Part shown: one piece after another, positions 42,324-51,685 of the stretch
Numbering within the stretch: the stretch's first letter is position 1
How the letters are laid out: every line of letters begins with the position of its first letter
Assembly: GCA_022826705.1 (NCBI GenBank)
Contig: JAJDUJ010000012.1
Location: 18,486-82,485 of the forward strand
DNA: 64,000 nt
Source: Acidimicrobiia bacterium
GTDB lineage: Bacteria > Actinomycetota > Acidimicrobiia > Acidimicrobiales > Bin134
Direction of reading: 5' to 3'
Translations under genes and position numbers: made by a program
The notes under the pieces: model-generated
Told to the model about the DNA's origin: nothing
Seen by the model: only the letters and a program-made list of their open reading frames with translations
Database searches by the model: none

Positions 42324-43580
42324 GTGAGCGCCGATATACCCATGGCCGAGTTGGCCGACCGGGCCAAGGCCGCAGCCCGGGTCTTGGCCACTGCCGATAC
42401 CGAGACCAAAAACCACGCCCTGCTATTGGCCGCCGACCAACTGGAGCAGGCCCGAGACGATCTGTTGGAGGCCAACCAGGCCGACGTGGAGGCGGCCACC
42501 GCGTCGGGGATGAGCGCCACGCTGGTGGACCGGCTTCGGCTGACAGACTCCCGGTTGGAGGGAATGGCCGGCGGTTTGCGTAAGGTCGCCGGCCTCGCCG
42601 ACCCGGTGGGGGAGATCGTGGGCGGCTGGGTGGTGCCCTCCGGCCTGCGAATCAGCCAGGTGCGAGTGCCGCTGGGCGTGGTGGCCATCGTGTATGAGAG
42701 CCGCCCCAACGTGACCAGCGATGCCGCTGGCCTGTGCCTCAAGTCGGGCAATGCCGCCTTCTTGCGGGGATCGTCCAGCGCGCTGGGCTCCAACCTGGCC
42801 ATCGCCGGGGTGATGCGGGACGCGTACGAGAAGGCCGGGTTGCCCAGCGATGCCCTGGTACTGGTGAGCGATACCAGCCATTCCGCGGCGGCCGAGTTCA
42901 TGCAGCTGCGGGACAGCATCGACTGCCTCATCCCCCGAGGCGGTCCCGGACTGATCGCCTCCATTCTGGAAAACGCCACCGTGCCCTATGTGATCGACGG
43001 CGACGGCAACTGCCACGTGTACGTGGACGCCTCGGCCGACTTGGACATGGCTCGTCGCATCGTGGTCAACGCCAAGACCCAGCGCCCCTCGGTGTGCAAC
43101 GCGGCCGAGTCCCTGGTGGTACACCAGTCGGTGGCCGACGAGCTGCTGCCCCCGCTGGCCGACGACCTGGCCGGTGTCGAGCTGGTAGGCGACGAGGCCG
43201 CCCGGGCCATCTTGGGGCCGGATCGCATCGGCGAGGCCACCGAGGCCGATTACTTCACCGAGTTCTTGGACCTGAAGCTGTCGGTGAAGGTGGTGGACAG
43301 CCTGGATGAGGCCATCGCCCACGTGAACGACACCGGCAGCGGTCACAGCGAGGCCATCATCACCGCCGATCTCGACGCTGCCGACCTGTTCTGCACCGAG
43401 GTGGACGCCGCCGCGGTGCTGGTCAACGCCTCCACCCGGTTTGTGGACGGCGAAGAGTTCGGCTTCGGCGCGGAGATCGGCATCAGCACCCAGAAGCTGC
43501 ATGCTCGGGGCCCGATGGGGCTGCGCCAGCTCACCACCACCAAGTATGTGGTCCGGGGCGAGGGCCAAATTCGGGGCTAG
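42324..43580 (+). CDS. proA: Gamma-glutamyl phosphate reductase
   Basis: YESRPNVT, PSVCNAAE, NASTRF.DG.EFGFGAEIGISTQKLHARGPMG. Confidence 0.97.
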   Translation: MSADIPMAELADRAKAAARVLATADTETKNHALLLAADQLEQARDDLLEANQADVEAATASGMSATLVDRLRLTDSRLEGMAGGLRKVAGLADPVGEIVGGWVVPSGLRISQVRVPLGVVAIVYESRPNVTSDAAGLCLKSGNAAFLRGSSSALGSNLAIAGVMRDAYEKAGLPSDALVLVSDTSHSAAAEFMQLRDSIDCLIPRGGPGLIASILENATVPYVIDGDGNCHVYVDASADLDMARRIVVNAKTQRPSVCNAAESLVVHQSVADELLPPLADDLAGVELVGDEAARAILGPDRIGEATEADYFTEFLDLKLSVKVVDSLDEAIAHVNDTGSGHSEAIITADLDAADLFCTEVDAAAVLVNASTRFVDGEEFGFGAEIGISTQKLHARGPMGLRQLTTTKYVVRGEGQIRG

Positions 43581-43628
43581 GCCCTTACTGATTTCGGGGC
43601 TAGATCGAGCGAGACGTAGCCTTCAGCC

Positions 43629-44543
43629 ATGAGTTTCTCCTTCGCTGACGTCGACTCAGTGCGCAAGGGCCTGAGCGATGTGCAGTATCTGGCCGATGAG
43701 GGCATCGCCGGGGTGGTTTATCTGGCCGAGCGCTTGCAGAAGCCGGTGCTGGTGGAGGGTCCAGCCGGCACTGGTAAGACCCAGTTGGCCAAGAGCGTGG
43801 CCGAGGCCACTGGCGCCCGGCTCATCCGCCTCCAGTGCTACGAGGGTCTCGACGAGTCCAAGGCTCTGTATGAGTGGAACTACAAGAAGCAGCTCCTGCG
43901 CATCCAGGCCGAGCGCCAGGGAGAGGATCCCGAGGGCGAGGGCATGTGGCAGCAGATCGAGGACGACCTGTTCTCTGAGGAGTTCCTGCTCACCCGACCG
44001 CTGTTGGAGGCCATCCGCGCCGCTGAGCCGGTGGTGCTGCTCATCGACGAGGTCGACCGGGTGGAGATCGAGACCGAGGCGCTGTTGCTGGAGATCCTGT
44101 CCGACTACCAGGTGTCCATCCCCGAGTTGGGCACGGTGGCTGCCAGCCAGATCCCGTTGGTATTCCTCACCTCCAACAACACCCGGGAGCTGTCGGAGGC
44201 CCTCAAGCGGCGGTGCCTGTTCCTGCACATCGACTATCCCGATCTCGACCGGGAGAAGGAGATCGTGCTGGCCAAGGTGCCCGGCGTGGGCGAGAGCCTG
44301 GCCGACCAGGTGGCCCGCATCGTGCGCTCGGTTCGCCAGATCGAGCTGAAGAAAGCCCCGTCGGTGTCCGAGACCCTGGACTGGGCCCGCACTCTGGTAC
44401 TGCTGGGAGTGGAGCACATCGACGCCGACACCGCGGCCGAGACGGTGAACATCCTGCTCAAGTACCGCAGCGACATCGAAAAGGCGCTCAAGGAGTTCGC
44501 CTCCTCCGACGAGGATTTTGCCGCCCCGGTCGCAACCTCGTGA
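43629..44543 (+). CDS. MoxR/CoxD-type AAA+ ATPase
   Basis: EGPAGTGKT, IRLQCYEG, LIDEVDR, ALKRRC. Confidence 0.93.
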   Translation: MSFSFADVDSVRKGLSDVQYLADEGIAGVVYLAERLQKPVLVEGPAGTGKTQLAKSVAEATGARLIRLQCYEGLDESKALYEWNYKKQLLRIQAERQGEDPEGEGMWQQIEDDLFSEEFLLTRPLLEAIRAAEPVVLLIDEVDRVEIETEALLLEILSDYQVSIPELGTVAASQIPLVFLTSNNTRELSEALKRRCLFLHIDYPDLDREKEIVLAKVPGVGESLADQVARIVRSVRQIELKKAPSVSETLDWARTLVLLGVEHIDADTAAETVNILLKYRSDIEKALKEFASSDEDFAAPVATS

Positions 44544-44612
44544 CCCTCCTGGTCAGACGCAAGGTCACTGGCCTCACTGGCAAGCCCTTTACGGTTCAGC
44601 CCTGAGCCTGCC

Positions 44613-46073
44613 ATGAAGGTCGAGCCCGCCACCTCCCCGCTGCTGGCGCTTCTGGCCGGGTTCATCTCCGAACTGCGGGCCGCGGGGCTGCCGGTCAGCC
44701 TCACCGAGAACCTGGACGCCATGGAGGCAATCCAGCACATCCCCATTGAAGACCGGGATGCGTTCAAGTACGCGTTGGCCGCCACCCTGGTGAAGAACCA
44801 TGCCCACTGGCGGGCCTTCGAGACGGTGTTCGAGGTGTACTTCTCGCTGCGGGGGGCCGAATACGACCTCATCGATGGCGAGTGGCCCGAAGGCATGGAC
44901 CTGTCCGACTTCGTCGACGGCATGGACGGCCAGCAGCGCCGCCAGGGCGGGGGAGGCGGCGAGGCCATGTCGGCCGAGCAGCTGGCCGAGATGCTCTTTC
45001 AGGCGCTGATGCGGGGCGACGACGCCCTCATGCGGGCCATTGCCCGCCAAGCGGTGCAGCGCTACGCCGGCATGGAGCCCGGCCGGCCGGTAGGAGGCAC
45101 CTACTACCTGTACCGCACGCTGCGGAACCTCGACCTCGACGGCGTGCTGGAGCGCCTGATGGACCAGGCCCGCCAGGACGCCCCCGGTGACCTCACCCCG
45201 CTCGAGGAGCGGCTCGAGCGTGACGAGTTCGAGGCTCGCGTAGACCAGCTCCGCAAGGAGGTTGAGGCCGAGATCCGCCGCCGGCTGGTGGCCGATCGGG
45301 GAGTGGAGGCCATGGCCAAGACCCTCCGGAAGCCTCTGCCCGAAGACGTGGACTTCATGCACGCCAGCAGGGAGGAGATGATGGCCCTGCGCCGGGCCAT
45401 CTACCCGCTCACCCGCAAGCTGGCCGTGCGGCTGGCCCGCAAGCGCCGTCATGGTCGCAAGGGTCCGCTGGACTTCCGCAACACCATGCGCCACTCGCTC
45501 TCCTACGGTGGCGTGCCCGCCGAGCCCAAGTTCCGCTATCCCCGTCCGGCCAAGCCCGAGATCATGGTGGTGGCCGACGTGAGCGGGTCGGTGGCCGCCT
45601 TCGCCCGATTCACCCTCCATCTGGTGTACGCCATCAGCAACCAGTTCTCCAAGGTCCGCTCATTCGTGTTCATCGACGGCCTCGACGAGGTGACCAGCTT
45701 CTTCGAGGGGGTGGACGACATCGGCGAGGCCGTCCACCGGGTGAACGCCGAAGCCGATGTGGTGTGGGTAGACGGCCACTCCGACTACGGCCACGCCTTC
45801 GAGGTGTTCTGGGAGCGCTACGGGAAAGACGTCGGCCCCAAGACCACGGTGATGATCCTGGGCGACGCCCGCAACAACTACCACGCCTCCCAGGCCTGGA
45901 TCCTCAAAGAGATCGAGCACCGGGCCCGCAAAGTCTTCTGGCTAAACCCCGAACCCGGCGCCTACTGGGACACCGGCGATTCCATCGTCTCCGAATACGG
46001 CGTCCACTGCGACGGAGTCTTCGAAGTCCGCAACCTCCGCCAACTAGAAGGCTTCGTAGAGAACCTCGTGTGA
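44613..46073 (+). CDS. CoxE-type vWA domain protein
   Basis: DVSGS MIDAS, ILGDARNN, WLNPE. Confidence 0.92.
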   Translation: MKVEPATSPLLALLAGFISELRAAGLPVSLTENLDAMEAIQHIPIEDRDAFKYALAATLVKNHAHWRAFETVFEVYFSLRGAEYDLIDGEWPEGMDLSDFVDGMDGQQRRQGGGGGEAMSAEQLAEMLFQALMRGDDALMRAIARQAVQRYAGMEPGRPVGGTYYLYRTLRNLDLDGVLERLMDQARQDAPGDLTPLEERLERDEFEARVDQLRKEVEAEIRRRLVADRGVEAMAKTLRKPLPEDVDFMHASREEMMALRRAIYPLTRKLAVRLARKRRHGRKGPLDFRNTMRHSLSYGGVPAEPKFRYPRPAKPEIMVVADVSGSVAAFARFTLHLVYAISNQFSKVRSFVFIDGLDEVTSFFEGVDDIGEAVHRVNAEADVVWVDGHSDYGHAFEVFWERYGKDVGPKTTVMILGDARNNYHASQAWILKEIEHRARKVFWLNPEPGAYWDTGDSIVSEYGVHCDGVFEVRNLRQLEGFVENLV

Positions 46074-46107
46074 CCTCCTCAACTGGGGTCACCAGCCCGG
46101 CCGATCC

Positions 46108-47163
46108 CTAGCTTGACGGTACGTCCAGTTGCCCGTTGCGGTTGTCACCCCAACATGTGACGGCCCCGTTGGCGCGTACTCCGCATGAGTGCATCCAATC
46201 AGCTGAGAGGGCGAAGAATTGGCCATTGGGAGCATCCGACTGTCCAAAATCGTTGTCGCCCCAGCATTGGATTGTCCCGTCGGTTCTAAGCCCACACGAG
46301 TGCCTCTCTCCGACTGAGATGGCAGTGAACTGACCCTCGGGAGCATCGTTGTCGTCCCAGCATTGGATTGTCGCGTCGATTCTGAGCCCGCAGGAATTGA
46401 CTCCGCCAGCTGAGATCGCGGTGAATTGCCCTTCGGGAGTATCAATCCGTCCGCTGTCGGCGAACCCCCAGCATTCGATGACCCTGTCGGTCGTTAGCCC
46501 GCACGAATGGGATGACCCGGCGGAGACAGCGGTGAAATGGCCTTCGGGAGCATCGGTTTGACCACCCCAGTTCTTGCCCCAGCATTCAATGGTTCCGTCA
46601 GCTCTGAGTCCACATGAGTGGTCTCCTCCGGCAGAGATGGCAGTGAACTGGCCTTCGGGAGCGCCAGCCACGTAGCCCCAGCAATCGGCGGTTCCGTCGG
46701 TGTACAGTCCGCAGAAGTGTTCGTAGCCGGCAGAGACGGCGGTGAACTGGCCCTCAGGTGCCTGTGTCTCCTCATTTGAGCGTCTGCCCCAGCACTGGGC
46801 AGTTCCATCAGTGCGTAATCCGCACGAGAAGTTCCGCCTATGGCTTCCACCGGTCGTCACCGCTGTATACCGGATTCCGGTTGCCTCCAACATCAGCTGT
46901 GCAGCCCCATCTTCTTCGGCAACCATCGTCGGGATGCCAGTTTCCCGATTGGGAGGTTCTTCACACCCAGCGAGACCGGCCGCAACTGCGGAACCGGCAG
47001 CCAGAATCAGCATCGCTTCCCCCAGATGGCGCCAAACCCGACGAAACGACCCGCGGCAACTCGGCAATGCCCTACTGCCGTTGGATCCCTCGGTTCCCAT
47101 ACTGAACAAACCTACAAATTCCTGAATCGCCTCCATAGACGGGAATTCACGGGTTGGTTCCAT
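46108..47163 (-). CDS. RCC1/BLIP-II repeat protein, probable lipoprotein; start uncertain
   Basis: About 7 units of APEGQFTAISAG..HSCGL..DGTI.CWG; lipobox LAGC. Confidence 0.88.
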   Translation of the reverse strand: MEPTREFPSMEAIQEFVGLFSMGTEGSNGSRALPSCRGSFRRVWRHLGEAMLILAAGSAVAAGLAGCEEPPNRETGIPTMVAEEDGAAQLMLEATGIRYTAVTTGGSHRRNFSCGLRTDGTAQCWGRRSNEETQAPEGQFTAVSAGYEHFCGLYTDGTADCWGYVAGAPEGQFTAISAGGDHSCGLRADGTIECWGKNWGGQTDAPEGHFTAVSAGSSHSCGLTTDRVIECWGFADSGRIDTPEGQFTAISAGGVNSCGLRIDATIQCWDDNDAPEGQFTAISVGERHSCGLRTDGTIQCWGDNDFGQSDAPNGQFFALSADWMHSCGVRANGAVTCWGDNRNGQLDVPSS

Positions 47164-47328
47164 AACCGAGGAGTCCCCGAACTAGTGCTGTCTGAGGAAG
47201 CCCATGGGTCAGCGCACATTCAGTTGTCAAGGTGCGAATTCCGGGTTGGTCGTCCTTGGTCCCCTGGCAAAGAGTCGCGAGAGATGTGGCCGCGGGCATT
47301 GCCGGGTTGCCCTGTGGTCGGTCGGTGC

Positions 47329-48522
47329 TCAGCTGAGCAGCACGGGATTGCGCTGGGGCGGCCTATGAGTGTCCACGCCTTCATCGGGGAAGGGGTCCGG
47401 TGGTTGGTGAAGCTCAAAGCGTCCGGAATCAGAGCACTTGATGACCTGCCAGCCGTCGTCGTGGATGTTGTGATGGCAGCGGGCGCAGACCAGCACCAAG
47501 TTGTCGAGGTTTGTCGGCCCACCCCAGGACCAAGGCTGAATGTGGTGGGCCTGGCACCAGGCTGGATTTGCGTCGCAGCCGATGCACCCCTTGTCTCGCA
47601 ATGCCAAGGCCGCACGCTGGGCCTCGGTGGCGATTCGCCGCTTGCGACCCAGCCAGAGCTCTTGAGTCTTGGCCCGAAACACACCGGGCAGGATGTCTGC
47701 GTCGCAGGCCATCCGGCGCAGTTCGCCCATCGGAATTGGTGTTCCGTCGCACAGACGGGCGTTGACCAACTCCTGTTGGACAACGTCGTAGTCGGCAATG
47801 ACCAACAGTGCCGTTCGTGGCCGCTGGCCCGACTTCGGCTCCAAGATCAACTCGGCCAAGGCGTCGGCCATTCGCTGTTGTGGGGTACGGCGCCTCTTGG
47901 GGTCTTCCTTCCGCCACAGCTCCCGCTCCTTGTCGGAAATGGCCAGGGCAAGCCGGTTCCCGGTGATCGGGTCGAATTCGCCGGACAGAACAAACATGCC
48001 GTCTTCCCGGCTCTCAAAGAACCGGCCGTTGCGGTTCTTGCGCTGCTTGTCGAGGATCGACTGCCTGTCGTCTTCGGAGTGCTCTCGCTGTTCTTTGCGC
48101 ACTGTGCGGGCAAACTGGTCGTAGGGCTCATGCTTGGCCGCCTCGACCAGCACAGCTTCATCAATGGGTCCCTCCGATGAAGCCTTGGCGATCAGCCATG
48201 CATGCTTCTGCGGTATCTCGCCGGACTCCAACGCTGTCCAAGTCTGAGCCAACCCAGTCAAACTGGCAGCGGTCTCCACCTCCCGCTTGGCCTCCCGCTT
48301 GGAAACCTGAAGTTCGTCCCGCGCCGCCATCTCCGCAGCACCCTGACCAAGCTGGTCGCGCTCAGCATTGATGAGGCGTACCCTCCACCCGGCAAGTCGG
48401 GCCTCAGCGCGTCGCACCGAGGCCATAGCGGCCCTTCTCTGCGCCTCCGACATACCCGCCGGGTCTGTCTCCGGAATTTCTAAAGTGACCTCAAAATCCC
48501 TGGTCACAGCCTTATTTGCCAT
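47329..48522 (-). CDS. DUF222 (13E12-repeat-like) HNH endonuclease
   Basis: QRMADAL, LRRMACDA, QRAALALRDKGCIGC..CQAHHI..W..GGPTNLDNLVLVCARCHH. Confidence 0.9.
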   Translation of the reverse strand: MANKAVTRDFEVTLEIPETDPAGMSEAQRRAAMASVRRAEARLAGWRVRLINAERDQLGQGAAEMAARDELQVSKREAKREVETAASLTGLAQTWTALESGEIPQKHAWLIAKASSEGPIDEAVLVEAAKHEPYDQFARTVRKEQREHSEDDRQSILDKQRKNRNGRFFESREDGMFVLSGEFDPITGNRLALAISDKERELWRKEDPKRRRTPQQRMADALAELILEPKSGQRPRTALLVIADYDVVQQELVNARLCDGTPIPMGELRRMACDADILPGVFRAKTQELWLGRKRRIATEAQRAALALRDKGCIGCDANPAWCQAHHIQPWSWGGPTNLDNLVLVCARCHHNIHDDGWQVIKCSDSGRFELHQPPDPFPDEGVDTHRPPQRNPVLLS

Positions 48523-48529
48523 GCCAGGT

Positions 48530-48551
48530 ACAATACCTACGACCAGTGACA
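48530..48551 (-). promoter_or_regulatory. RecA-NDp / PafBC-type DNA-damage promoter, probably leaderless
   Basis: Minus strand TGTCACTG-gtcgtagg-TATTGT, 7 nt before the ATG; consensus TGTCRGTG-N8-TANNNT. Confidence 0.7.
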
Positions 48552-48686
48552 GCTTGTCAGAGCAGGGGTCCGACTTGAATTGGACCAGTTCGATCCCAGT
48601 GCCGAATCCGAATCACCTTTGCCTGCTGCAGCACCTCCACTTGTCTTCAACGTGAATTCGCTCCGGACCCTTGAATCAACCCACTT

Positions 48687-49298
48687 ATGCTGGATGTCCT
48701 TGTCGGGAAGCGGGGTCGAATTGTGAAGGCGGTGCCGCCGCTTGTCGCCGCAGCTGAGATGAGGGCTGTCGAACACGACTTCGGTCACTCGTGCCAACGG
48801 GGCGTGGGGGAATTGCTTTCATTCCTGGCCACTACTACTCCGCCCGGCGGTCGCATTCTTGAACTCGGGACGGGGTTTGGTGTGGGACTGGCGTGGATTT
48901 TGTCTGGGCTCGGCTCACGGACCGACGTCGAGATCGTGACCATAGAGCGGGATGTCGAGCGGGTCGCGTCGCTTGCTGAAGTCGACCTCCCTGCCCACGC
49001 ATCAATAGTTGAGGGCGACATAGAGGCTTTGCTTCCAACACTGGGTCAGTTCGACCTGATCTTCGCAGATGCTGAAGCGGGAAAGTGGACCGGCCTTGAA
49101 CTCACAATTTCAGCCCTTGCACCACGGGCCCTGCTTCTTGTCGATGATATGGACATCTCGCACTATGACTCCTCACACGATCGCTCAACGGTTGAGGCTG
49201 TCCGAAAGGCGCTGATGACTGACCCTCGTCTGACCGCAGTCGAGTTGAACGCATCTTCCGGCATGATTCTTGCGTCGCGCCTCGCGGAGGTGCTCTAG
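48687..49298 (+). CDS. Class I SAM-dependent O-methyltransferase
   Basis: ILELGTGFG, VTIERD, FDLIFADA. Confidence 0.85.
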   Translation: MLDVLVGKRGRIVKAVPPLVAAAEMRAVEHDFGHSCQRGVGELLSFLATTTPPGGRILELGTGFGVGLAWILSGLGSRTDVEIVTIERDVERVASLAEVDLPAHASIVEGDIEALLPTLGQFDLIFADAEAGKWTGLELTISALAPRALLLVDDMDISHYDSSHDRSTVEAVRKALMTDPRLTAVELNASSGMILASRLAEVL

Positions 49299-49328
49299 AA
49301 GCTTCCCGATTCGGTTCTGGCTAAGACA

Positions 49329-49877
49329 TCAATTGGCCGTGTTGGGTTCAACAATCGTTGAGTCTCTTTCGGCAGCAGCAGTCTTCCAGGCTTCGAGCAC
49401 CGGGCCGATATGGCTGGGAAACGCCAGTGTGTCTGGCAGCTCCCAGCTCTGGAAGTAGCGTGCCTCACTCACCTCGGAAGGGTTGATATCAAGATGACCG
49501 GGATGAGTTGCTCGGGCCGTGTAGTAGATGTTCAGCGTTGACTCGACTGGCCGCTCCCCGGCAGTCCCTGGCTGATCGGGATACACATCCATCCAAATCC
49601 CTAGAAATCCAGTGATCGTGATGTCGAGACCCACTTCTTCGCGCACCTCACGAATCGCGGTTGCTTCGGGATGCTCGGCGGGGTCGCAGAATCCGCCGGG
49701 AATGTCCCACGCGCCCCTCCATGGCTCACTGGCCCGCTTCACAAGGAGAACTGTGCTGTCACAGACCACCAGCGCTGAGGCGCTCGGCTTGGGGTTAAGC
49801 CAGTGAGACTCATTGCACGCTGGGCAACACGTAGGTGGAAGTTTGGCCAGTGCATGGCCACAATGCATGCAATACAT
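49329..49877 (-). CDS. NUDIX hydrolase with N-terminal zinc ribbon
   Basis: CMHC...CPAC; GGFCDPAEHPEATAIREVREEVG. Confidence 0.9.
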   Translation of the reverse strand: MYCMHCGHALAKLPPTCCPACNESHWLNPKPSASALVVCDSTVLLVKRASEPWRGAWDIPGGFCDPAEHPEATAIREVREEVGLDITITGFLGIWMDVYPDQPGTAGERPVESTLNIYYTARATHPGHLDINPSEVSEARYFQSWELPDTLAFPSHIGPVLEAWKTAAAERDSTIVEPNTAN

Positions 49878-49983
49878 CAGACCGGACCCTAATGGGCGCA
49901 GACCAGACCCAGTCCCGAGTGGCGATTGTTGCAATCCCAGAAGACTCTTGGGGCTGTCTCGCTAGGGGTAGCGTTTCGTTGTC

Positions 49984-50424
49984 ATGAGGATCTCGATTGG
50001 TGCTGATCACGCTGGCTTCCAACTGAAGGGGACTCTGGTTGAAGCGCTTCAACGACACGGTCACGAGGTTGTTGATCGCGGCACGGTAGATACCCAGCCG
50101 GTCGACTATCCAGAATTCTGCGCAAGCGTGGCGCGAGACGTAGCGGCGGGACGGGCTGACCGGGGAATTGTGCTCGGCGGCTCTGGACAAGGTGAACAGA
50201 TAGCAGCCAACAAGATCCCCTCCATTCGTGCGGCACTATGCAACTGTTTAGCGACGGCCCGCTTATCGCGCTCACACAATGATGCAAACGTCCTCGCCGT
50301 TGGTGCACGGATCGTCGCTGCAGAACTTGCTGTCGAGATCATGGAACTCTGGTTGGAGACGCCATTTGACGGAGGACGCCATCAAGCGCGGATCGACCAA
50401 ATTGCTCAATTGGAGACCCGCTAG
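49984..50424 (+). CDS. rpiB: Ribose 5-phosphate isomerase B
   Basis: GADHAG, DYP, GGSGQGEQIAANK, HNDAN, GGRHQAR. Confidence 0.96.
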   Translation: MRISIGADHAGFQLKGTLVEALQRHGHEVVDRGTVDTQPVDYPEFCASVARDVAAGRADRGIVLGGSGQGEQIAANKIPSIRAALCNCLATARLSRSHNDANVLAVGARIVAAELAVEIMELWLETPFDGGRHQARIDQIAQLETR

Positions 50425-50437
50425 TTGTAGAGGGTGG

Positions 50438-51685
50438 TCACAGGAGGGCCGGTGAACGTGCTGGCTCCTGTTGAGCAGGGGCAACCAAAGGACGGATTGA
50501 CCGGACTCGCTGTCTGATCCAGGTGGCGGCCTCGGTGATTGCTGCGGTGACTTCTGTGGGTGAACCGCTGAGGTCGATGGCCAGAGTGTGGAGGAGCTTG
50601 CCGGCGTGGCGGACGGTGATCGTACGCTCGGGAACGCCACCGTCGTCGAGGCAGTAGATCAGCACGCCCTCGGGGAGATCCAGTGCAGTGGTGTAGGCCA
50701 GTAGCTGGTAGTAGTCGCTTGTCCGGGCCCGGGCGTCGTCGGTGAGCTTGTACTTGATGTCGGCCACATAGACCTCGTGGCCTTGCTTGCGGAACACCAG
50801 GTCGGGGCGGATCGGCACCTGTTGGCGGGTGTCTAAGTGGCGGTTGGACTGGCTCCGCACTTCGAGGTGCCCTCTCAAGGCGCGGCGCAGCCGTTGGGTG
50901 ACGAAGTTTTCGAACAGCCGGTTCATGTCCACAACGAACGATGACGCGGCGTGTTGACCACGCTGATCGGCCAGGGTCAGATTCTCCAGCAGTAGTCGGG
51001 CTAGTTGGAGAGCCGGCTGGTAGTGGGCATTCAGGCGGGTTATCGGTATTCGGTCGAGGTAGTCGGCCCGCATGAATTCGTCGGCCACATCTTCCAAGGA
51101 AACCACTTGTTGGAGCAGCCGGCGCCGGTCCTCTGGATCGACTCGGGGCACACGCAACGCCAGCCGCGTTGCAGCCTTTAGGTAGCGGTTCTCGGTGATG
51201 TCCGGTGTGTACTCGTCATATCGGCAGGCCACGGGCAAAGCGATCCCCGCTTGGCGGAACTGGGCCGCCATGTCGATGCGGCCCCGCAGCGCGACGAGCC
51301 GGTCTTCTTGGTGCCGGTATGACCGCAGCAGCCCGCGGGCCAGGGTGGTCTCCAGAGTCCGGGTATAGAACGCGACTATCGAGGGCAGGAGGTCTGCCTT
51401 GTTTGCATAGTCGAACGCCTCCTGCCTCCATGCGCTTTCGTCAAGCCCCACCTCCAGCAGCAGAAAGAGATTCTCAGGGCGGATCTTCGGGCGGATCAGC
51501 ACCCGGAGATCATCGACAACCAGAGTTCCCACCATATTCTGGGCGGTGATCGAGTAGCTGTCAGTGTCACCTGCGGGCTGTACCGTGATGATTCCTCGTC
51601 CTCTGGCGGCGAGGCGTTGTGCTTGGCCCTGAGCGAGTTCGACGGTGGTCGTCTCGTACTCGATGAGTTCGATCACGTCGCTCAC
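50438..51685 (-). CDS. mcrC: McrC family restriction nuclease subunit
   Basis: DMNRLFE, IRPDL...ADIKYK, DYYQLLAY. Confidence 0.92.
   Translation of the reverse strand: MSDVIELIEYETTTVELAQGQAQRLAARGRGIITVQPAGDTDSYSITAQNMVGTLVVDDLRVLIRPKIRPENLFLLLEVGLDESAWRQEAFDYANKADLLPSIVAFYTRTLETTLARGLLRSYRHQEDRLVALRGRIDMAAQFRQAGIALPVACRYDEYTPDITENRYLKAATRLALRVPRVDPEDRRRLLQQVVSLEDVADEFMRADYLDRIPITRLNAHYQPALQLARLLLENLTLADQRGQHAASSFVVDMNRLFENFVTQRLRRALRGHLEVRSQSNRHLDTRQQVPIRPDLVFRKQGHEVYVADIKYKLTDDARARTSDYYQLLAYTTALDLPEGVLIYCLDDGGVPERTITVRHAGKLLHTLAIDLSGSPTEVTAAITEAATWIRQRVRSIRPLVAPAQQEPARSPALL

Noticed and set aside
46108-46870. RCC1 repeats as a diversity-generating retroelement target
   Set aside because: No reverse transcriptase or template repeat seen; ordinary coding repeats
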